64,000 nt of DNA, taken from NCBI GenBank assembly GCA_964016885.1, contig OZ024741.1, positions 77,934,001 through 77,998,000 of the forward strand, read 5' to 3'. Numbering within the stretch: position 1 is the first letter of the stretch; every line of letters begins with the position of its first letter. The position numbers and the translations under genes are program-made. Origin of the DNA: Eledone cirrhosa (Eukaryota). Shown piece after piece: positions 51,850 to 64,000 of this stretch. The notes below the pieces were generated by a model that worked only from the letters and a program-made list of their open reading frames with translations, was not told the origin of the DNA and ran no database searches.

Positions 51850-52460
51850 AGTTTGGCAGTGTTGAGGAGGTGATGATTTGTGCAAAGTTGGGTGAAGCTT
51901 GCTTATTCTGCAATTAATTTCTTTCACCATGTCTCTACTTCTATTGGTAGAGCTTCCAAGGTAGATGAAGTCTAACTCTTTACTTAATCTTTGTGTCAGA
52001 AATGCTATTCTTTCTACTTTGACTAGTAACAAAAATCACTGCCTAAAGAGATCTTAATGTTAGGATTAAATAATTGCGATCACAAAATGTGGTCTAGCAA
52101 TTAATTTCTTTCACCATGTCTCCACTTCTGCCGATAGAGCTTCCTATGTAAGTGAAGTCATTCACGACCTCCACGTCCCCCTGATTGATGCAGATGTTTG
52201 CTGGTGATGGATGAATACCTACTAGTATGTTCTTGGTCTTTTTGACCCTGATGTGAAGATTGATGCTGGCCGCAAATGACCCTATCCCATCTATCAGATA
52301 CTGCAAGTCGGATTTATTTTTGGCCATGGCTGCAATATCTGCAAAGTCAAAATTTGAGAATTTTTGTTCCTCTAGCCAGTCAATCCCCTAACTTCTGTTT
52401 CCCTTCTGAGAATCCAGTTGATGGCCAAAGCAAAAAGAATTGGATACAATGGACATCTTT
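51850..52460 (-). mobile_element. Non-LTR RT fragment(s), rearranged
   Basis: DFADIA, KKTK and VEVVNDFTYIGS motifs. ~51980-52095 is duplicated at ~52600-52716. Confidence 0.7.
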
Positions 52461-52779
52461 GACAGACTCCTGTGACCTCAAACTATTCACTATAGCCATC
52501 CTCAGTTTCTATGCAGCATGAGTAACTGACTTAATAAATTTAATTTATCTCAGCATTGCAGATGACATGTGATTTTTTCTCTATCCATGCACTAACACTT
52601 TACTTAATTTTTGTAATCTCAGAAATGCTATTCTTTCTACATTGACTAGTAACAAAATCACTGCCGAAAGATCTTAATGTCAGGGTTAAATAACTGTGAT
52701 TACAATATGTGGTCTAGTTTAGAATGCTTTGGTATTAGTAAAGTTAACAACAGTGTTTTTTATATGTTGGTGCTGGGTG

Positions 52780-54900
52780 TTGTAATAAGTAACACACTGT
52801 TTCACCAGAAACTCAAGTATAAAGTAATTTGTTTGCATCCACGATTGAAACAAAACCATTTTACTGACTTGATCATAAAATGCAAATGTCACATTCATGA
52901 CCCTTGTAGCATTAGAGTCTTACATAAAGCTATGTGTTGGACAGATCACTACCTTGTATGAGAAAACTGAAACTGGTTGTGAGAGAAAAGTTTACATCAA
53001 ATAACATGAAGATTCCAAAACGACTGACTGTTGACAAACTACAAGACCTTGTAATATCTGTATCACTTTGTAAAGGTCTTTCGGATTCCTGATCTGGTAA
53101 TTCAATGACAAATTTCAAACAAAACATTTATGCCACCTCTGCTGATATTTTGGAGTTTAGGACATGCAAACAAAGATTCATTCAATGAAAATAATTCAGA
53201 AATACCTAAGCTCCTAGATACTAAGCATATATTACACTAAATGTTGCTTAACTTAAAATCATCTGAAAGAATATTTAAAGACAGGGGAATTGCAGAAACA
53301 TCATAAATCAGGATTGCAGAGAGAACTGTGGACCATGAATGTGTGGTGGTTGAGTATATCCAGATATTCAACTGGCTCTTCACAAAAAACAATCCAAAAC
53401 AATGTGCAACTTGTTAAAATAGATATTTGGTCCTTGTCAATTAACTTCCGCTCTTCTCTGCACAAAAAATGAGTCCAGCTTGACTAATGGTACAGAAGGT
53501 ATTCTGAAATGATGGACAGAACATTGCATGGTTTTTTTCATAACCATTCCATGATAGATGAGATCATTATTAGAAGACCTTCAGTGCAATGTTATTGAGG
53601 AATTAGATGATAATCTTAGCATAAAGAAAGTCAAAACTACCATTAAACAGATCAACTAAGGAAAGACCTCCAGGAATTGATGGTATACCAGCTAAGGTTA
53701 TTAAGCATGGCGAAGATGTAATGGCTGATCTTGTGACCACATTGATTAGTAATGTGTGGAATATTTCACCAGTTCCACAAGATTGGAATGTGAAGTACTG
53801 ATTTCACTGTTCAAGGGAAAAGTTGTTAAATCAAACTCGAGTAGCTTTCATATTTTCTTAATAACTGTTGGTATGTTTACCAGATTTTTACTGAACCATC
53901 TACAAACACGCTCTAGTGTTGTCCTAGAGTCTCAATGTGGATTTATATCTGATAGAAGAACCACAAATATGATCTTTAGACTCAGACAGCTACAGGGGAA
54001 GTTCATAGTGCAAGGAATCGCCCTTTATCAATTTTTTTTTACCTAACAAAAGCTTTTGATATGGTGAACAGAAGTGCCCTGTGGAGAATCCTGGAAAAGT
54101 TGGGATGTCGACTTAATGCTGGAATGAAAGCCTTCTTAAGAATCGATCCCTAAGGATAATGGTGTCAAACAGGTGGATAAAACTCCAACTTTATTCTCCA
54201 TATACTTTGCAGTCATAACTGTCCATGTATTTCATGCCTGTCAATTATCTATCTTTGTCCACTAACATACTCCCTATGCTATTCTAGATTGTCTAGTGGG
54301 ATGCCCCACTGATTCAACTCATCGCTTCCATTTGCCACGGTCATTCATGGTCTTGAGCTCCTCTACTATTTCCATTTCTGTATCTTCTAGCAGTGTCCAC
54401 ATATGTGATTCTTTTCTTTCTACTATCATACAAAATGTAAACTGTTTAATTTGAATTATTTCAAATACCTGTATAGCTCTAATTTATGATTTATTGTACA
54501 CTGATGATTCAGATGGACCTCTTCTACAGTACATGTATTGTATTTGGACTTACAATAAGTCTGAAGAAAACTAAGGTTATGTTTATACCTGCTCCAGGTG
54601 AGCCATATATGGAGCCAAATATACTTGTTCAGGGAACCAGACTTGATGTAGTAGGTTCTTTTGTGTACCTTGGCAACTCTGAGATAGATCTCTAGATTCT
54701 AAGATCAACTTAAAAGTTGATAAGATTTCAATTGTGTTTGGGAACTTTGGGAAGTCTGATCAGAGACTTGAAATGTTCCATTAAGCTCTGCATCTATGAT
54801 ACCTGCTTTATCACATAACTGCTATATGTGTCTGAGACATGAACACCATATTGATGACCTGTTCAAATCTTAAAAAGATTCCATCAGAAGTGTTTCAACG
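52780..54900 (+). mobile_element. Old RTE (BovB-like) LINE without PHD insert, heavily decayed
   Basis: CWTDH, PGIDGIPA, ESQCGF...MIFRLRQLQ, FGLTISLKKTKVMF.PAPG...LDVVGSFVYLG. Confidence 0.8.
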
Positions 54901-54912
54901 AATATTATATAA

Positions 54913-55685
54913 TCATCATCATCGTTTTTACACTTGCATGGTTGGACAGGTCTTTTTCAGGATAACATCTTTTCACTCATCATGTTCATTTGTCATCTCC
55001 TCTGTAAGTTTCAGCGATTTGAAATTGGCTCTCACCCAGTTTTTTCTTGGTTTTCTTGACACGACTTCATCCAGTGACCATCATCCATGTCCATACCATC
55101 AGTCTCCTCTCTTGTACACTATATAATTCCTCTTATTCCCAGTTTTGCTCTCAGTTCATCCAAGGTCTGCTAACTCTCTCACATTAACATTCCACATCCA
55201 CCAAAGCATACTTGCTTTCTTTCTCTCCAGCCTACGCATATCCTCTGCATTCAATGCCCATGCAGTATTGCACTTTGCACACAGGCGGCATACAGCCATC
55301 CTTTTGTCATCAACACTTCTGTTGACAATAAAAGGTAGCCCTCTAAACTTTTTCCATCCTATCCTTATTCTAGCTATGCTCTCAGAACACCTCCCTCCAC
55401 TGCTAAATAGATCACCTAAGTAGTAGAAGCTATCAACCACTTCTATGGATCCTTCATGTGATTGGAGGATTGTATCTCTGTCCCTCTTATTATCAATTAA
55501 CCCTGTGCAAATATTACATACAAAGTCTTCCTTTCCATCTATCCCACTACATCTCTTGTGTACCTAAGATTTGCATTGTGTACATCATATAGAGTTTCTG
55601 CCTACTTCTTTGCAGCATATTGAATAGGGCCACTTACCTGATGGGATCAGGTTCCTGTCTTCTTTCCTACTTACTAACACTTTAA
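54913..55685 (-). mobile_element. Degraded PHD-type RTE fragment
   Basis: PSGKWP.SICC, VDSFYYLGD, RIGWKKFR, and a (CAT)n tail. Confidence 0.85.
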
Positions 55686-57249
55686 TTATCTGTTGGAAAT
55701 CTTTTACACTCGACACAAAAGAGCTGGAAAGAGTGGGCTGCCTCAGTATGGAAGCTCATCTTTTCAAGTATTATATGCTATGGGTTTATAACATCATCCT
55801 TTCTGATGATTTTAGATTTCCAAAGCAATTACTTTATTTAGAATTTCATGATCACAAAGGATAACTTTCAGTCATTGAACAGTAGCACAGTAAATTGAGA
55901 ACACCTTGGACTGAATAGAAGTGAATTGTGGTCTGTAAACAATAGTTTGCAATTTGAGAAAAATTGAATTGCCCGTTAAATAGTAAAACTGATGATATTT
56001 TGTATGATAGAGGTGATTACACTTTCAAAAGCTGGCTTTTAACACATCAGAGATCACAAGTCAGGGGACAAACATGATAATTTTATATGCATGCAGTTCC
56101 ACCAGCCCTATCTGAGTATTGTTGTCCTATGTGCTAAAAAGTGTGCACATCTACTATTGGGTTAATAACCTATACTGGTCAAAAGCAAAGATGTGGTGCA
56201 CTCTTTTGAAAATTTCCGTGACCAAATTTTGTGTCATATCTGCCATAAAAAAATTAAAACAAACTCGAAGGTAGTTATAACATGGAAGCTAACATACTTA
56301 ATACAGGCAAATGACTGCATTAAGAAAAACGTTTTGCTTAAAACTAAGTCAATCACCACCATATATATGTATGTGTGTGAGTCTATGTTTACATCAATAC
56401 CTGTCTAAAAACTGGTATCATTTATGTTGTATCCATTATGTTTAAATCCAATAACTTAGCTATTCAATAAATAGAAAGAAATAAAATAAGTACTTGACTG
56501 AGATAAACACTGTAGTTGATAGGTTTTAGTAAAACCTTTGAAGTCAGTCAGCATGGCAGCAGTACAATGATTGAAACCAATAAAAGAATATATATCATAA
56601 TGAAATAAAGAAGAGAAACAAAGTAATTACATAAAAGAGGACAGCATGTTTATTTAGTAAAATCTTCCAACCTTGAGTAAAATGTCAGCATCATCATCAC
56701 ATTCAAATAGGATAAAATACATTTAAAAAAACAAACAGGAGGACTCTTAGACAGTTGGGATGGGATTACTATTAAGGAATATAGGTCTGGAGGCAGATAG
56801 AAGTGGTTGTCACTGGTTTTCAATGTCAGGACAGCAAATTTTAGCACATGTGTTTATGAGTGTGTCTATATTCATGTTTTTTAGGAGAGGGGGGAGGGGT
56901 CGTTTAATCAGGACACTCTTCTGTGCCTCCAAGACTGGTGAAAGGGAGGAAAATATCCTCAAATTGAAGACTTGATCTGAATGCTTGCAACAGAATATGC
57001 TCTGTTAAAGGCACCCAAGGACCAGGTGGGTGGTGTTAAACTGGGTGATGGATTGTTAATACATGAAGAGGAGATTATGTAAAACGTGTATAACTATGTA
57101 TGTGAGTACATTTGTCAAAATAAATTTATGTGTGCCATCATTTTTTTTTTTACCTTTTGTATATCACTATAACCATCATCATCATCATAATTATTTATGA
57201 TGATTTTTAGTTTCCTTTCTTTCTGGCACACACAACCTGTTTACAAGAG

Positions 57250-57670
57250 AGGGTGTGATTGATGCAATCAATCCCAGTGTAATCACTGGTACTTATCCCC
57301 CCTTCCTCCCCACCTCAGAAGGATGATGAAAGGGTTTGAACTCACTATATGAAGAGATGAGACTAAATATTGAATGGCATTTAGTTTGGCATTTCTGCCA
57401 CTACAAATTATTACTATTATTATTTCTTCTAACATAGACACAAGTTTGTGGAGGGTTAGTCAATTAAATTGACCCTAGTACTTGACTGGTACTTTATTAA
57501 TCTTGAACTCAGAACAAATTTCAAATTCCACGAAGGTCAACTTTGCCTTCTACCCTTCCAGGGTCTATAATATAAAGTAGCAGTCAAGTACAAGGAATGA
57601 TTTAATTGACTTTCCACTACTCAAATTTGCTGGCCATGTGCCTAAATTAGAAACCATTATTATCGTTATT
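57250..57670. mobile_element. Degraded SINE fragments
   Basis: TTCAAATTCC...CAACTTTGCCTT...GTGCCTAAATTAGAAAC at 57520-57660, with reverse fragments upstream. Confidence 0.55.
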
Positions 57671-58449
57671 ATTATCTTTTCACTTCTTGCAATGTGATGA
57701 AAGAGAGAATAGATTGTTTGTTCATGTTATTTCTGTGTGTGATGAATAGGTTGTTATGTAGGGTCAATAAACAACAAGAACAACAACATCAACAACAACC
57801 ATTTACAATGATAAATCAAAACCAATTTTCCACATAGGTTAAGTGTTTAATTTAAAAACAAAAAATAAAAAAAAAATAAAACAAAAACAAAACGAAACAC
57901 TGTGATCACGGTGGGAGCAATGGGAGAAGAAGGATATGTGAGAAAGGTTGTGGTAATAATGGTGGTGGTTCACGGTAATTATGAGAAAAGGGATGAGTGG
58001 AAGTAGAAGAGTTGTACATGTGCTTAGAGGCAGCTGTGTGGCAATTTGTGGTAGTAGTTATAGAAGTAGCAGTAATAATGCAGTTAACTCCCTTGTCAGA
58101 TGGACATAGATAGAGATATGAATAGAAAGGAACAAAGGGCGAGGTATGTGAACAGCTAGTGTGGAGAATGGTAAAGTGAATTAAAGAAGATATATTTAGG
58201 GTAGGGTAGAATAAGGTGTGTGAGTAGATGGGGGTACTCATATTTTTAAAACACTGACCAAGCTCCTTGATAGACTGGCCAACATGTTAACCAGGGGTCT
58301 GATCCAAAATGACCTTGTCATAATAGTGAAAGGGATGTTAAAAGTTCTGAATGTAGAGAGAGAATAAGATAGTGAAGGAATGTGAGAGTTGTTACTTCCA
58401 CCACATTAATGGCTACAGTCCCTACCTCCCCTATCACAGCACAGCAACA

Positions 58450-58610
58450 ATCACTGTTTCTATAACATAGGCACAAAGCCAGGAATTTGAGGGAAGGCAT
58501 GTATTTACATTGAACCTAGTACTTGACTGGCATATTATCTTATCACCCTCCAGAATGATGAAAGGCAAAGTTGACCTTGGCGAGATTTGAACTCAGAATA
58601 TAAAGAGCCC
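58450..58610 (-). mobile_element. Degraded SINE
   Basis: GATGAAAGGCAAAGTTGACCTTGGCGAGATTTGAACTCAG is the reverse of the SINE head/core. Confidence 0.7.
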
Positions 58611-59859
58611 AAAAAGATTGATAAAAGGTAGAACTTTTGAAGAGAGAGAGAGAGAGAGTTGGAGTAGAAAGTATTAAAAAAAAGATTTCTATCAGACCCT
58701 GACCTTCAACAGGCTAACATGGGAATGTGGAGTTTGTAAAGGGGGAGAGACTAACATAAGGAGAATGTCTCAGTCCTCATTCATAATATTCTGCCTACCT
58801 GTGTCAGTCATCAAGTATGTAATTATTTATATCTTTAACCCCTTGTACAATCTATTCTGCTATTATACTCCAGAACCTCTCAGGAACTGCCTGGAAGATT
58901 ATCTCTCTCCAAACATGGGAGGGATGTGGAGTTTGAAAAGGAGAGGGTGCTTAGGACTCTGAGAAAGAGAAGTAAGCCAGAAGAGTGTGAGGCTAGGTCG
59001 ATTAATATAAAGAAGAGTGGAAAAGCATGAATTATAGTTATGGGAAAGATATGAATTTTAATACATTCATTTCATACATTACTTACACATACAGCATGCA
59101 GACTCAACTATGTGTATGTATTATATAAATCATTATATATGTGTATGTGTGTATGTGTGTGCATACATGCAAACATACACACACACAAGTTTGGGTGTGT
59201 ACAAATGAGAGAAAAGTACTCTGTACATGTAACAGAGTTTATTTATTCATTCATTCCATTACTGGTCTCTGACTTATGTGTTTTTGCTCAGGTCACACAT
59301 ACACACACACATCCAATATAAGCCTACACTAAACACTTCCACTACCACTAGTAGTAGTAGTAATGACCAACATTAATACCACCATCACCGCGACCACCAT
59401 CACATCAATCCAGTGCAGTGATAAAACAATTGAACAATGAAAAATAGAAAAGGGGGCAGGTGAAAGCACAAGAAGAATCAATGGTTGAGAGGGGTGAACA
59501 TATACATGAAATTCTAAAACAAGATGGCAATGGTATTTAACTTCCATTTTCTTCTTTTTTATTTCTTTTGAGGGAGTGGTATGGGAATCGGTGGTTATCA
59601 CCATAATCATCATCATCGTTAGTTTGGTTATAGGATAAATTACATGTAATGCATTCACATATTTATGTATTATTAGTTAATTCATTCATTTTTTTAAATG
59701 TCATTTAAAGACCGAGACAAGAAATAAATATGTCTGTGCATGTATGTGTGCATACAAACATATAAATACACACATAAATATATATAATGTACAAAAACAC
59801 AGACCTAAATTCATATACATACATACTCATACACACTTTATATATATATATACACACAC

Positions 59860-60387
59860 ATATATAATTCGTTTTTTAATTTGTTTTGCGAGTTTTCTTA
59901 TCTGAAAACATGTGTTGAAACAGATATTGTTATACTTTGGGGGGGTCATGTTGCCAATAAAAACACCTCTTGGTTTTCACTTCAATTTATTATAAATTTC
60001 CGGTTGGTTGGTTGGTTGTTTATATATTGCCAAAGCTCTTTCGCCACACATTCTGTGACCTCCTCAGTGACTAGGTTTTGTGTCTCCTACACCATCTTGT
60101 TTTTGTGTGTTGTGTGCTTAATTTGTGCATATGTAAGATCTGGGTCTGTGTGTTGTTTTTATTTATTTATATGTTTATTTACTTGTCACAAGTTGCTTGT
60201 TTGTTCTACCTGAGTGTGTCAGATTTTTTTTGTTAGTTTGGTTTTTGTGTGTGTCTGTATGTCTTCATTTTGTCCTTAATTACTAGTTGTGGTGTTGCTA
60301 TTCCACTCATGTTTTCTGTTTAATAAATCAAACTGAAAATCGATAGGTGAATTTGTTTTTATTTGCAACATGACCCTCCCAAAGTAT

Positions 60388-60393
<6 letters not shown>
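59860..60393. mobile_element. Non-coding Penelope-type terminal segment with short inverted repeat
   Basis: ATATTGTTATACTTTGGGGGGGTCATGTTGC (~59925) is inverted at ~60364-60393. The same motif flanks the GIY-YIG at 13931/14825 and occurs at 11807. Confidence 0.65.

Positions 60394-64000
<3,607 letters not shown>

Overview
Repeat-dense animal nuclear DNA. The (TA)n-rich background and repeat families suggest a coleoid cephalopod such as octopus; this is inference only. The single host locus is a + strand SLC22/organic-cation-transporter-like MFS gene with 8 exons between 4064 and 36894. As assembled it looks damaged: a 1-nt frameshift in exon 2, a G->E change in MFS motif A, and no visible exon(s) for the central loop, TM7 and TM8. 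The rest is transposable elements: many RTE-clade LINEs, Penelope-like (GIY-YIG) fragments with fold-backs, a Helitron RepHel remnant split by a CR1-type LINE and a SINE, tRNA-derived SINEs, hAT and Tc1-type MITEs, a 611-bp tandem repeat, a 15-bp minisatellite and a 3.6-kb terminal (TA)-rich array. The most notable signal is that the RTE family carries a complete C4HC3 PHD finger inside its RT domain, has a stem-loop-array 3' UTR shared with a SINE, and often abuts (TA)n tracts. Long intronic hairpins also lie just upstream of three transporter exons.
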